A stretch of DNA of 63,908 bases, the filler included, from Licmophora abbreviata (lineage: Eukaryota), in NCBI GenBank assembly GCA_900291995.1. It is 16 parts of 16 records of this genome, joined end to end, with 100 filler letters (N's around TTAATTAATTAA, not from the genome) between each part and the next. Parts side by side here need not be neighbours in the genome. Positions count along the whole stretch, not along the records: positions 37,541 to 43,602 come from OLMU01001799.1; positions 43,703 to 49,959 come from OLMU01001801.1; positions 50,060 to 51,612 come from OLMU01001802.1; positions 51,713 to 57,300 come from OLMU01001803.1; 12 more parts are not named here. One strand, given 5' to 3'. A program made the translations under genes and the position numbers. The notes under the pieces were generated by a model that did not search any database, was not told the DNA's origin, and was given only the letters and a program-made list of their open reading frames with translations. Below are positions 41,591 through 52,228 of the stretch, piece by piece; the first letter of the stretch is position 1, and every line of letters starts with the position of its first letter.

Positions 41591-43084
41591 ATGGAGTTCT
41601 ATACGAACGCCCTTGCGCAGGTTCTGACCGTTGGCCCGCTTGTCGCGATGGTCGGGGCGACGTTGCTTGGCGTGTTCATCGGCGCGCTGCCGGGGTTGAA
41701 CCCGGTCATGGCCATAGCGCTTCTTCTGCCGCTGACCTATTCGATGGATCCGCTGGTGGCGCTTGGGATGGTCGCGGGCATCTATAACGGGTCGATGTAT
41801 GGCGGCGCCATTCCGGCCATCCTGTTGCGGATTCCCGGAACGCCCGCGTCGATCGCGACGACCTTTGACGGGTTTCCCATGGCCGACAGGGGCGAGGCGT
41901 CCAAGGCGCTCAAGATCGCCTGCTGGTCCTCGGCGGTGGGCGGCATCGCGAGCGCGATTGCGCTGATGACGGTCGGCCCGCTTCTGGCGCGGGTCACGCT
42001 GCATTTCGGGCCGGCGGAATATTTCTGGATCGCTATTTTCGGCATGGCCTCGGTGGGGGTGATGGTCGGGTCGGACCCTGTGAAGGGGATCATGGCAGCG
42101 GTTCTGGGCCTGTTGATCGGCACCATGGGGATCGACAATCTGTCGGGGCAGGCACGGTTCACCTTCGATCAGACATGGTTGCTGGGCGGTCTGGATCTGA
42201 TCGTGGTGCTGGTGGGGCTTTATGCGCTGCCACCCGTTCTGCAACTGGCGGAGAAATGCGATCTCAAGGGGTTGTCGGCGGCGCAGCTGAAGCTGACGAA
42301 TGTGCCGTTCACCCGCGCAGAGCTGCGCAGTTTCCTACCGACATGGCTGCGGTCTTCGGGCATCGGTATCGCGGTCGGCATCCTGCCCGGCGCGGGCGGC
42401 AATATCGCTGCCTTCCTGAGCTATAACGCGGCCAAGAATGCCTCGGACGATCCCGAAAGCTTCGGCAAGGGCAATCCGCAGGGCGTGGCGGCGGCCGAAT
42501 GCGGGAACAATGCCGACAACGCCGCCTCGATGATCCCGGCGCTGTCGCTGGGTATTCCCGGCAATGTGGTCGCGGCGCTGGTCCTGAGCGCGCTGACCAT
42601 TCACGGGCTGCAACCCGGCCCGCAACTGTTTCATCAGAACCCCGTTCTTGTGGGCGGCTTCATGATGGAAATGCTTCTGACCTCGGTGCTGATCTTTGCC
42701 TTGGGCGGGACGCTGGCGACGCGTGTCTTCGCACAGTTCCAGCGGCTGCCCGGCGTGCTTCTGGTGCCGTCGATCCTGATTTTGATGTGCGTTGGCGTCT
42801 ATGTCATCAACGGTCGTCCGGTCGATCTGTGGGTGATGCTTGGCGCCGGGCTGATCGGGTATCTGTTCGAGAAAGTGAACGTGCCGCTGGCGCCGATCAT
42901 CCTTGGCATGATCCTTGGGCCGATGGCGGAGCAAAGCGTCAGGCGTGCCTTGCTGATAAGCCGCGGCGATGCAACGGAGCTGTTCACGCGGCCGATTTCG
43001 GCTGTCCTGATCGTCATGACGCTGCTGGTGATCGTCTGGCCCGTCGTGAAGGCGCTGCGGCGGCGCAGGCGTCGTGCGCGCTGA
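41591..43084 (+). CDS. tctA: tripartite tricarboxylate transporter large subunit
   Basis: 'IGALPGL', 'MYGGAIPAILLRIPGTP', 'GILPGAG' and 'E.GNNA....IP.LSLGIPG'. Confidence 0.93.
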   Translation: MEFYTNALAQVLTVGPLVAMVGATLLGVFIGALPGLNPVMAIALLLPLTYSMDPLVALGMVAGIYNGSMYGGAIPAILLRIPGTPASIATTFDGFPMADRGEASKALKIACWSSAVGGIASAIALMTVGPLLARVTLHFGPAEYFWIAIFGMASVGVMVGSDPVKGIMAAVLGLLIGTMGIDNLSGQARFTFDQTWLLGGLDLIVVLVGLYALPPVLQLAEKCDLKGLSAAQLKLTNVPFTRAELRSFLPTWLRSSGIGIAVGILPGAGGNIAAFLSYNAAKNASDDPESFGKGNPQGVAAAECGNNADNAASMIPALSLGIPGNVVAALVLSALTIHGLQPGPQLFHQNPVLVGGFMMEMLLTSVLIFALGGTLATRVFAQFQRLPGVLLVPSILILMCVGVYVINGRPVDLWVMLGAGLIGYLFEKVNVPLAPIILGMILGPMAEQSVRRALLISRGDATELFTRPISAVLIVMTLLVIVWPVVKALRRRRRRAR

Positions 43085-43240
43085 CACGGTCAAAGCCCGG
43101 CTCGAGCGGCGATGAAGGTGTCGGCAAGCCGTTGTCGCGCGGGGCAGAGTGTGCTCTGATCGAGACAGCGTGCGCATGGCCCGGTTTTGCCGAGCGTCTT
43201 GCGACGCGATCAAACAGGCGACAGCCGACAGGAGACCGAG

Positions 43241-43602
43241 ATGCGGTATCTGGTGCTTATCCTTGCCCTGCTGGCGCTGCCCGCGCAGGCGCGCAGCATC
43301 ACCGACAGCGCCGGGCGCGTTGTCGAGATCCCCGATGAGATCGGCACTGTCTTTGCCGCAGGGCCACCGGCCTCGATCCTTGTCTATATCATGAAGCCCG
43401 AGGCGCTGACCGGCTGGCCGCGCGCCTTGCGCGCCGAAGAACGCTCCTATATCGCCGAGCCGTTCCGCGACCTGCCCGAGACCGGGCGCATCACCGGGCG
43501 CGGCGGAGAGGCCAATCTGGAACGGGTGCTGCAGATCAATCCCGATCTGATCATCGATTTCGGATCGGTGCGCGACACCTATGTCGATCTGGCCAACCGC
43601 GT
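43241..43602 (+). CDS. iron-siderophore/cobalamin-type ABC substrate-binding protein, N-terminal part
   Basis: Signal peptide, 'ITDSAGRVVEIP' and 'NLERVLQINPDLII'. Confidence 0.85.
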
Positions 43603-43702
43603 NNNNNNNNNNNNNNNNNNNNNNNNNNNNNNNNNNNNNNNNNNNNTTAATTAATTAANNNNNNNNNNNNNNNNNNNNNNNNNNNNNNNNNNNNNNNNNN
43701 NN

Positions 43703-44421
43703 GCGTGTCGGCGGGGGCGGGTCTGGGGGCCGTGGCGGGGATATTCCTGTCGCTGCCGGTGGCGGCGATCCAGGCCTCGGCCTTTGTGGGCGGCATGGTG
43801 GCGGTGGGGGTGGTGACGCTGGTGGCGTCGCTGGTGCGCAATACCGACCGGACCCTGACACTGGTGCTGATCGGCGTGGTGATCGGGGCGCTGGCGGGGG
43901 CGGCAACGTCGCTGCTCAAGGTGATGGCCGATCCTTATGACCAATTGCCAGCGATCACCTTCTGGCTTTTGGGCTCACTGGCGGCGATCACCACCGAGGA
44001 TATCCGTCCGGCCGTGCCTGCGGTGCTGGTGGGGCTGGTGCCGCTGGCGCTGTTGCGCTGGCGGATCAATGTGCTCAGCCTTGGAGACGAGGAAGCGCGC
44101 GCGCTTGGCGTCGAGGCCGGGCGCACGCGGTTCGTGGTGATCGTGGCGGCGACGTTGATCACCGCAAGCGTCACGGCGCTGGCGGGTGTTGTGGGTTGGG
44201 TCGGGCTGGTGATTCCGCATATCGCGCGGATGCTGGTGGGACCGGGCTTTGGCCGGTTGCTGCCGGTTTCGGTGCTGATCGGGGCGGGATATCTGCTGAT
44301 GGTGGACACGCTGGCGCGGACGATCGCTCAGGCCGAGGTGCCTTTGGGGATCCTCACGGCGGTGATCGGCGCGCCGTTCTTCGTCTGGCTTCTGGCGCGC
44401 GGCCGACAGGGGTGGTCGTGA
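43703..44421 (+). CDS. FecCD/BtuC family ABC permease, C-terminal part
   Basis: 'VSAGA', 'FWLLGSL', 'LSLGDEEARALGV', 'GWVGLVIPHIAR' and 'GAPFF'. Confidence 0.9.
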
Positions 44422-45248
44422 TGCTGGAGGCGCGCGACCTGAGCATCGGCTATGGCCGGGAGCCGATCGGCGCGGGTCTGAGCCTGTCGGTCAGGCCGGG
44501 CGATATCCTGTGCCTTCTGGGACCGAACGGCTGTGGCAAGACAACGCTTTTCCGAACGCTTCTGGGTCTTTTGCCACCGCTTGCCGGGGATGTCATGCTG
44601 GCGGGCCAGCCGATCACGGCGCAAAGCCGCACGGACATCGCCCGACGGATCGCCTATGTGCCGCAAGCGCATGCGCCGCCGTTTCCGTTCGAGGCGCTGG
44701 AGGTCGTGCTGATGGGCCGGACCGCGCGGCTTGGTGCCTTTGGGCAACCGGGACGGCAGGACCGGGCCATCGCGCAGGAGGCCATGGAGCGGCTTGGGAT
44801 CGGGGATCTGGCGCACAGGGATTATTCCCGCCTGTCCGGAGGGCAGCGCCAGCTTGTGCTCATCGCCCGGGCGCTGGCCCAGGAGGCACCGCTGATCGTC
44901 ATGGACGAGCCCACGGCCAGCCTTGATTTCGGCAATCAGGCGCAGGTTCTGGCGCAGATCGCCCTGCTGGTGCAGGCCGCATCGGCGGAAGGCTGCGGCG
45001 TCATCCTGTCGACCCATGATCCCGATCAGGCGTTTGCGCTGGAGGCCCGGGTTCTGCTCATGAAGGAGGGGGGCATGCGCGCGCATGGCCCGGCCCATGA
45101 GGTGCTGACTGCAAGTGCGCTTGGCGATGTCTATGGCTTGCCCGTCTCGGTCGAGACGACGACATCGGGCCGCAAGGTGTGTTTGCCGTCGCTTCGCGGC
45201 GCGTCGTCGGCCAGCGGGATGAGACAGAACGCTGGCGGGGGCGCATGA
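44421..45248 (+). CDS. FecE/BtuD-type ABC ATPase
   Basis: 'GPNGCGKTT', 'LSGGQRQ', 'MDEPT' and 'STHD'. Confidence 0.92.
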   Translation: MLEARDLSIGYGREPIGAGLSLSVRPGDILCLLGPNGCGKTTLFRTLLGLLPPLAGDVMLAGQPITAQSRTDIARRIAYVPQAHAPPFPFEALEVVLMGRTARLGAFGQPGRQDRAIAQEAMERLGIGDLAHRDYSRLSGGQRQLVLIARALAQEAPLIVMDEPTASLDFGNQAQVLAQIALLVQAASAEGCGVILSTHDPDQAFALEARVLLMKEGGMRAHGPAHEVLTASALGDVYGLPVSVETTTSGRKVCLPSLRGASSASGMRQNAGGGA

Positions 45249-45300
45249 GCGCGGGCAGGATCGGCCCAGGAGATGCGCAGAGGGCGCGGGGCGGGATGCG

Positions 45301-47361
45301 TCAGCCGCCGCGCCGCCAGATCCATGACTGGCTGGCAAAAGCGCCCTGAAGCTTTGCAAGCGCCCGGTTGGCAGGGCCGGGGCGCGGAGCGGGGCCTTGC
45401 GAGAGACGATCAAGCACCACCTCGACAGGGCAGGGCAGGTTGGTGCGGGGATCAAGATAGCGCGGATAGTCGATCAGCGTGGCATGGACGAGGCCGGCCA
45501 GCGACGGGCGCGCGCGGCGCCGTGGCGGGATCGGGCCGAGATCGCGGGTCAGACCCCAGCCGGCATAGAAGGGCGCGCCCGTCGTGGTCACGGGCAGGCC
45601 GCGCAGCAGCGCCTCGAAGCCCAACAGGGAGGTCATGGTCCAGACCGCGTCCACATGATCCAGAAGCGTCGCCGGATCGGTGCGATCGAGCACCGCATCG
45701 GCAAGCCCTGCCAGTTGCGCACAGGTCAGCGCGCCGGGGCGAAGTCCGGCTTCGACATCGGGATGGGGTTTGTAGAGGATCACAGCGCCGGGGTTTTCCG
45801 AGCGGGCTTTTTGCAGCAAGGCAAGATTGGTCGCCACCGCATCGCCTGCGCCAAGCCGGATGGAGGCGTCGTTTTCGACCTGACCCGGCACGAGGATGCG
45901 CGGGCCGGATGGCAAATCCGCCTGATCGGGAAGCAGCCCACCAAGATTGTATTTGCTCAGGCCACGGGTGGTCAGGGCGGCGATCAGCGCCTCGGCGCGG
46001 TCACGCTGATCCGGGCGCAGCCGGGCGCGGCTGGCGATCAGCCGTTCCAGACGGCTTTCGGCCCCGGGATCGTAATAGATGCCCAGATCGTCGCAGACCA
46101 GCGACAGGGGCGGGACCAGATCGGCGCCCAGACCGCGCGAGCGCAGGAACCCGTCCTCGAGCCGCAGAGCGTGGGGCGCGGGCGTCGCGCCCGAGGCCCA
46201 GCACATATGGCGGCGGCCTGTCTGGAGGGCGAGTGCCGCGGCTTTGGCCGGATCGGACCGGAAGCGCACCGGGCGCACGCTGCCGAAAAAGCGTTGCAGA
46301 TGGCCGCGTTTCCAGAGCCGCATGCCCGAGGCGACCCAGCCTGCGTGATCCTCGCGCCAGGCGCGGGTTTGTGCTTCGAGCGCGGAGATGGCGTCTTCGA
46401 GCGGGCAGAGCCTGTCGCGGCAAGGGTCGTACCATTTGGGATAGAGGATCATCGCGCCCGCGAAGAGCTGCGCGCGGCTGAGCGGGCGGCCTCGGCGCGG
46501 CAGGGGCATCGGGTGATGGTCTACGGTCAGGCCCCAACCTGCATAGAAGAGCTGGCCGAAGACATGCGGTTTGTGGCCGGCATAGATCGCCTCGAATCCC
46601 AGCTGCGAGCTGACGGTGTAGACGGCAATGGCCCCGTCGAGCAGCGCCCAGGGGCTGACCGGATCGCTGAACAGGCGGATACGGTCGGTTTCGACATCGG
46701 CCCCGAAATAGCCTGCGCGGTGGCCCTGCACGGTTTCGGGATGGGTCTTGATGAGCACCGGCGCACCGGGATGATCGGTCTGCGCATGAAAGAGCATTTC
46801 GCGAAACGTGTTGGCGTCGGCTCGCCCATGGGTCACCGAGGCGTCGCCGCGGGTCTGGTCGATGACCAGCACATAGCCGGGCTCGGGGCAGGGTGTCTTG
46901 GGATCGAAGGCGGTGTATTTGGTCAGATGCGCTTCGTGCAGGCGGGCGATGGCCGCGCGGGCGCGGTCCATCAGGGGCGTGTCGTCCAGCGGATGCGTGG
47001 CCAGCAGGGTTTCCAGATCTGAGGGGGTGGCGGGGTCGAAATGCACGCCCTGATGGTCGATCACCAGCCCGAGGGGCGGCTCGCCCGAGCGGCCGGGATG
47101 CAGCGAGCGCAGGAAGGCATCCTCGATCCGGATGAGGCTGGCACCTGTACGGGCGGCCAGAGCCTCGCCACGCGGGGCATAGGGGCTGTGGCCCCAGACG
47201 GCGACAAGGTCCGAGGGGCCGGGCCACCCGAGGCGGAGATCGTAACCGGCAAGTGACAGGATGCGGCGCAGGCGGCGCTGGCGCAGAAAGCCTGCATTGG
47301 CATGGAAAACCCGCCGCGGCGCATCGGCGGCGGCGGGATCACGCGTATGTGACGCGGGCAT
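45301..47361 (-). CDS. kpsC: capsule biosynthesis protein KpsC-like (two GT domains)
   Basis: Duplicated 'EDA/GFLRS', 'KY', 'Q..GDAS/NDAS', 'KTHP/KPHP' and 'FYAGWGLT'. Confidence 0.88.
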   Translation of the reverse strand: MPASHTRDPAAADAPRRVFHANAGFLRQRRLRRILSLAGYDLRLGWPGPSDLVAVWGHSPYAPRGEALAARTGASLIRIEDAFLRSLHPGRSGEPPLGLVIDHQGVHFDPATPSDLETLLATHPLDDTPLMDRARAAIARLHEAHLTKYTAFDPKTPCPEPGYVLVIDQTRGDASVTHGRADANTFREMLFHAQTDHPGAPVLIKTHPETVQGHRAGYFGADVETDRIRLFSDPVSPWALLDGAIAVYTVSSQLGFEAIYAGHKPHVFGQLFYAGWGLTVDHHPMPLPRRGRPLSRAQLFAGAMILYPKWYDPCRDRLCPLEDAISALEAQTRAWREDHAGWVASGMRLWKRGHLQRFFGSVRPVRFRSDPAKAAALALQTGRRHMCWASGATPAPHALRLEDGFLRSRGLGADLVPPLSLVCDDLGIYYDPGAESRLERLIASRARLRPDQRDRAEALIAALTTRGLSKYNLGGLLPDQADLPSGPRILVPGQVENDASIRLGAGDAVATNLALLQKARSENPGAVILYKPHPDVEAGLRPGALTCAQLAGLADAVLDRTDPATLLDHVDAVWTMTSLLGFEALLRGLPVTTTGAPFYAGWGLTRDLGPIPPRRRARPSLAGLVHATLIDYPRYLDPRTNLPCPVEVVLDRLSQGPAPRPGPANRALAKLQGAFASQSWIWRRGG

Positions 47362-48509
47362 CAGTTGCCGCTGAGCACGTCTGCCGAGGTCGCGACCGAA
47401 CTGACCGCGCCAAGCGTGCCGGTGAGCGCCGAGATGACCTTGCCCCATTGTGCGAAGGGCGCTTCGGTCACGTAGAGCGTGTCATCGTCGCGGATCGAGA
47501 AGTCACGCGCGACGAACATGCCGTTGGGTTTGGTCAGGTCGAGCACATAGACCATGCGCTGCGCCCCCACCAGATCGTCGCGGCCAAGCACCTGATTGGC
47601 GATGGCGGCGGGTTCGTTGCGCATCACGAACACACCGGTCGGATCGGCGGCGGTGGGCGTCAGGCCGCCGACTTGCGCCAGGGCCTCGACGGCGCTGAGG
47701 GTCTGGGTTTCGAACGGCACACGGGCCTGTGCGCCGGTGGCACCAAGGGCGGTGAAGGCGCGGGTGTCCTGTTCGACGAGGATACGGTCGCCCGCGCGCA
47801 GCGCGATGTCGAAAGACGGATCGTTGAACAGGTCCTGGAACCAGACCTTGCTGCGGTGGTTGCCGCGGATCACGGTGATCTGAGCGATTTCGGGTTCGAT
47901 GACCACGCCGCCGGCATTGGCGAGCATCGCCGAAAGCGTCCGGGTCGGGCGCTCGATCGGATAAACGCCCTGTGCGCCCACGGCGCCAATCAGCGACACG
48001 GTCGAGCCGTCACCGGCGAGGCGGCGCACTTCGACCTGGGGATCGGGGGTCTGTTCATCGAGTTTCGAGGTGATGATGCGGCGGATCGCGTCGGGGGTGT
48101 TGCCGGCGGCGCGGATGCGGCCGGCATAGGGCACGAAGATGAAGCCCGAGCCATCGACCTGCACCTCTTGCAGCACGGTCTGGTTGGCGGCTTCGCCGGC
48201 CAGAAGCCCGTCATCGACGTTTTCCCAGATGGTCAGGCCCAGAACGTCGCCGGGGCGGATCGTGTCGGAGCCAAGGATGCCGGCATTGCGGAATTCCTCG
48301 GAGAAGCCAAGAGCGGGTTGCACGGCGGTGGCCCGGGTCACGCGGTCATTGGCCGATACGATGAAGGCGTCACCCTCGCGCTGAACGGAGCCTGCGAAGA
48401 TTTCGTTCTTGGTGGGGCCCACGCGCGGAAGGATCCCACAGGATGAGACGGTGGCAACACTTACAACAAGGGCGACACCTTTCGCCCAGCGACTGGTTCT
48501 GAATTTCAC
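47361..48509 (-). CDS. Wza-like polysaccharide export lipoprotein
   Basis: Lipobox 'VSSC', 'IRPGDVLGLTIWE', 'GFIFVPYAG' and SLBB repeats. Confidence 0.9.
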   Translation of the reverse strand: MKFRTSRWAKGVALVVSVATVSSCGILPRVGPTKNEIFAGSVQREGDAFIVSANDRVTRATAVQPALGFSEEFRNAGILGSDTIRPGDVLGLTIWENVDDGLLAGEAANQTVLQEVQVDGSGFIFVPYAGRIRAAGNTPDAIRRIITSKLDEQTPDPQVEVRRLAGDGSTVSLIGAVGAQGVYPIERPTRTLSAMLANAGGVVIEPEIAQITVIRGNHRSKVWFQDLFNDPSFDIALRAGDRILVEQDTRAFTALGATGAQARVPFETQTLSAVEALAQVGGLTPTAADPTGVFVMRNEPAAIANQVLGRDDLVGAQRMVYVLDLTKPNGMFVARDFSIRDDDTLYVTEAPFAQWGKVISALTGTLGAVSSVATSADVLSGN

Positions 48510-48604
48510 TGCTCGGTCTCCTCGACCTTTTTGCCTGCCGATTTTATTTTTCTGACAACCTATCGGAATCCGGCGATAAAATCCAGCGCCGTGATTGCAG
48601 ATGC

Positions 48605-49900
48605 TCAGGTCACCGCCCGCAACTGTTGCCGTGGTGCCGCGGTCCCGAGGCGAAGCGCGTCGTAGGGGTCTTCGTGTGCGAGCATCATGTCGACCGTCTG
48701 GCGGAGCAATTGGCGTCGCCCGAGAGATGAATAGAACCCGCCCGCGACCTGACTGGTTTCCAGAAGAAAGCGGCGATAATCGGCATAGGCGCGCCTGTCG
48801 GGGCGTTGGGCGCCGGCGAAGAACTCTTCGATCGGGCGGGTCGAGACGAATTCAGGCTTGGCATAGACCGCCGCGCCGAATGTCCGGAGCGGAATGCCGC
48901 GCCAGAGCACCTGTTGCGCGGCGGTGGAATTGACCGTCACGGCGCTGCGCGCCTCATCGAGAAGCTGCGCCAGCTTGCCGCCACGCACGTAATGCACGCG
49001 CCCTTCAAGGCCATGATCGCGCGCCAGCCTGCGCAGTTCGCGGCGGATGGGCACGCGCCCGTCTTCGAGCGGATGGGCCTTGATGACAAGGTGATGGTGC
49101 CGCGGTGCGCCCTTGGCGAAGCCACCGATCACGGTTTCCAGGAATTCGGTCATCGAGGCAAACGGCGAATGGGCCTGAAAGGAGGCGTCATGTTCGAGCT
49201 GCAACAGCGCGATGTGGTAGGGAAAACCGCCGTATTTGATGCGGGACGTGGCGATATGCCGTTCGATCGCCTGAAACGGCATCAGCAACAGGCGCTGCAG
49301 GTAGAGCTTGAACTCCTGCCGCACGTCGAGAGCGCGGTGGGGCCGGAAATTGCGGTAGCGGCGGTTCATCAGAAGCACGAAGCCATGATAGAGCGCACCG
49401 TAGAACACATGCTGGCGCATGTCGCCCCAGCTGGCGGGGGGCAGGGCGGTGTCCATGTCGGAGTTTTCCAGCGCGGCCCGCATTTCGGGCACGGTCATGT
49501 CCATCAGGCGCGAATGGCCGTTCACCCCGCCGCGTTCATAGGTGACCCAATAGGGGCGCAGGTAGCCTTCTTCGAAGACATGGATGCGAAGGCCCGCGGC
49601 ACGGGCAAGGTGGATCGCCTGGGCATGGATTGGACGGGTATCGCCATAGAGCACGACATCGGTCACGGCCTTGTCGGTCAGAATGGCGGACAGCGTGTCT
49701 GGCCAGTCGTCGGAGTTGCCGAGAAACGGGATATAGCTGGAGCGATCACGCCAGAACGCCTGATCGCCGGCGTTGAAGCCCACGCGCAGCACCTTTGCTC
49801 CGGTGCGCGTCAGCATCTGCGCAAGCCGGTAGAAGAAGGGCCCGTGAGGCCCCTGCAGAAACAAAAATGTCCGAACGCTGCCAGTCATGCGCGTGATCAT
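48605..49900 (-). CDS. kpsS: capsule biosynthesis protein KpsS-like
   Basis: 'FLFLQGPHGPFF', 'FEEGYLRP.WVT.E..GVNG', 'LQLEHD', 'KAHP' and 'VTVNST'. Confidence 0.88.
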   Translation of the reverse strand: MITRMTGSVRTFLFLQGPHGPFFYRLAQMLTRTGAKVLRVGFNAGDQAFWRDRSSYIPFLGNSDDWPDTLSAILTDKAVTDVVLYGDTRPIHAQAIHLARAAGLRIHVFEEGYLRPYWVTYERGGVNGHSRLMDMTVPEMRAALENSDMDTALPPASWGDMRQHVFYGALYHGFVLLMNRRYRNFRPHRALDVRQEFKLYLQRLLLMPFQAIERHIATSRIKYGGFPYHIALLQLEHDASFQAHSPFASMTEFLETVIGGFAKGAPRHHHLVIKAHPLEDGRVPIRRELRRLARDHGLEGRVHYVRGGKLAQLLDEARSAVTVNSTAAQQVLWRGIPLRTFGAAVYAKPEFVSTRPIEEFFAGAQRPDRRAYADYRRFLLETSQVAGGFYSSLGRRQLLRQTVDMMLAHEDPYDALRLGTAAPRQQLRAVT

Positions 49901-50128
49901 TACCCGTGAAACCGTTTACCGGATATCATTCATAACGGAAAAATTCGGCAAAATTAAGTNNNNNNNNNNNNNNNNNNNNNNNNNNNNNNNNNNNNNNNNN
50001 NNNTTAATTAATTAANNNNNNNNNNNNNNNNNNNNNNNNNNNNNNNNNNNNNNNNNNNNGGCTCGGGCGGCTTGCCAGTGGCGATTGGCGCGGCTACGTC
50101 CCGTTGAGAACCCAATCGGAGGTCTATC

Positions 50129-50716
50129 ATGTTCACGGGGATCATCACGGATGTGGGGCAGGTGCGCTCGGTCGAGATACGAGGCGATCTGCGGGCGCGG
50201 ATCGGCACGCGCTATGACATGCAGAGCGTCGATATCGGTGCGTCGATCGCCTGTGACGGGGTGTGCCTGACGGTGGTGGACAAGGGCGCGGACTGGTTCG
50301 ACGTGGATATCAGCGCCGAGACGGTGTCCAAGACCAACGTCCAAGGCTGGACCGAAGGTCATCGGATCAATCTGGAACGCGCGCTCAAGGTCGGGGACGA
50401 GTTGGGCGGACATATCGTGTCGGGCCATGTCGACGGGTTGGCCGAGATCGTGGCGGTGCGCGACGAGGGCGACAGCACGCGCGTTACATTGCGCGCGCCC
50501 GAGGCGCTGGCGAAATTCATTGCGCCCAAGGGGTCGGTCGCGCTGAACGGCACATCGCTTACGGTGAACGAGGTGGAGGGCTGCACGTTCGGCATCAATT
50601 TCATCCCGCATACCAAGCAATCCACCACATGGGGCCAGTCGCAGGTGGGCGATGCGGTCAACCTCGAGATCGACACGCTGGCGCGCTATGTGGCGCGGTT
50701 GCAGGAGATGAGCTGA
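50129..50716 (+). CDS. ribE: riboflavin synthase (alpha chain)
   Basis: 'MFTGII', 'GVCLTV', 'NLERAL', 'GGHIVSGHVD' and 'VNLEID'. Confidence 0.96.
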   Translation: MFTGIITDVGQVRSVEIRGDLRARIGTRYDMQSVDIGASIACDGVCLTVVDKGADWFDVDISAETVSKTNVQGWTEGHRINLERALKVGDELGGHIVSGHVDGLAEIVAVRDEGDSTRVTLRAPEALAKFIAPKGSVALNGTSLTVNEVEGCTFGINFIPHTKQSTTWGQSQVGDAVNLEIDTLARYVARLQEMS

Positions 50717-50843
50717 CCCGGGGCCGCACGGCGCCCCGTCCGGACACCGGCGGCGCGTCGCGGTACCGTCTGTCATATTCATGAAACGTGTTGCGTTGCG
50801 CCGTGTGGCCAGTATCCTTGGGTCGAACCAAGGGAGGATCCAC

Positions 50844-51612
50844 ATGACTTTGCTCAAACCCACGCGTCGTGATCTGCTGAAGATGGCCGCCGCGGCCCCC
50901 GCCTTTGCCCTGCCCGCCGCCGCCGCCCGCGCCGAGCTTGGCGCGCCGCAGGCGGGCAACCCGTCGCATTTCAGCTTTTCAGTGGGCGATGCCCGGCTGA
51001 CTGTGGTCTCGGACGGGTATTTCCGGCTGCCCACTGACGGGCTGGGCATCAATGCCGATCCCGCCGAGGTTCAGGCGTTTCTCAAGCGTCATTTCCTGTC
51101 GCCTGAGCTGGGCTATTCGCACACCAATCATCTCTACGTGGAGATCGGTGAAGCCAAGGTGCTGGTGGATGTCGGCTCGGGCAGCCGGTTCATGGCCGAC
51201 ACGGCGGGGCGCCTGATGGGGAACCTGGAGCGTGCGGGCATCGATCCCTCGGGGATCACCCATGTGGTCATCACCCATGCGCATCCCGATCATATCTGGG
51301 GGATCATCGACGATTTCGAAGAGCCGATCCTGCCGGATGCCGAGCATCTGATGGGCGAGGCCGAACATGCGTTCTGGATGCAGGATGGTCTGGTGAACCA
51401 GGTCGAGCCGGACATGCAGCAATTCGTCGTCGGCGCGGTCAATTCCATCGAGACCGAGGGTGTGGAATGGACGCTGGTGCAGGACGGGCACGAGGTTGTG
51501 CCGGGCCTGACCATGTTCGACACGCCCGGCCATACGCCGGGGCATATGAGCCTGCGCGTCGATAGCGGCGACCGGTCGTTGATCGCGCTTGGGGATTCGA
51601 TGAGCCACGCCT
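50844..51612 (+). CDS. Tat-exported metallo-beta-lactamase-fold hydrolase (3' end in gap)
   Basis: Tat motif 'TRRDLLK'; 'THAHPDH', 'TPGHTPGH' and 'GD'. Confidence 0.9.
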
Positions 51613-51712
51613 NNNNNNNNNNNNNNNNNNNNNNNNNNNNNNNNNNNNNNNNNNNNTTAATTAATTAANNNNNNNNNNNNNNNNNNNNNNNNNNNNNNNN
51701 NNNNNNNNNNNN

Positions 51713-52228
51713 GGCGTCGGTATCGCAGCGGTCGCCGGGCAGGATCGATACGGCGTCTACCATGTCGGTGCTCAGAGCGTCGGTCATGCCGTCGGGAATG
51801 TCATCCGCGGCACCACAGGTAACCGACACGCCCTCCCATGACACGGTGACGCTGCGCCCGGCCATACGGGCGGCGGCGTCGAGATAGGGCAGCAGCAGCA
51901 TCGGGCTGGCGGTGCGACCCAGATGCAGCGCCTCGCCTGCCGCCAGCCGGGAGGCATGATCGCAGAGGGCCGCGCCGGAAATCAGCGGGCAGAGCGTGCC
52001 ACCGCGCGCGGTCCAGCGGCCTTCGTCTTCGTCGTGGGGGCAGAGCGTCTCGTAGGTCGTGCCGTCGTTGCGGGTCAGCAGATCGGCCAGAACCTGCGGG
52101 CCGGGCAGCCCTTGCGCCACCAGCCAGCGGGCGGCCTTGCCGGCCTCTTCGGCCAGACCCCAGCTCAGGCCCGCGCCGCGCGCGGCCTTGCGCGACAGCG
52201 CCTCGATCTCGTTCAGCGACCAGGTCAT
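51713..52228 (-). CDS. DUF3726-like protein (3' end in gap)
   Basis: 'SLNEIEALSRKAARGAGLSWGLAEEAG.A.RWL' and 'LCPLISGAALCD'. Confidence 0.75.

Noticed and set aside
50060..50128. FMN riboswitch upstream of ribE
   Set aside because: No RFN consensus in the 69 visible bases; the rest is in a gap.
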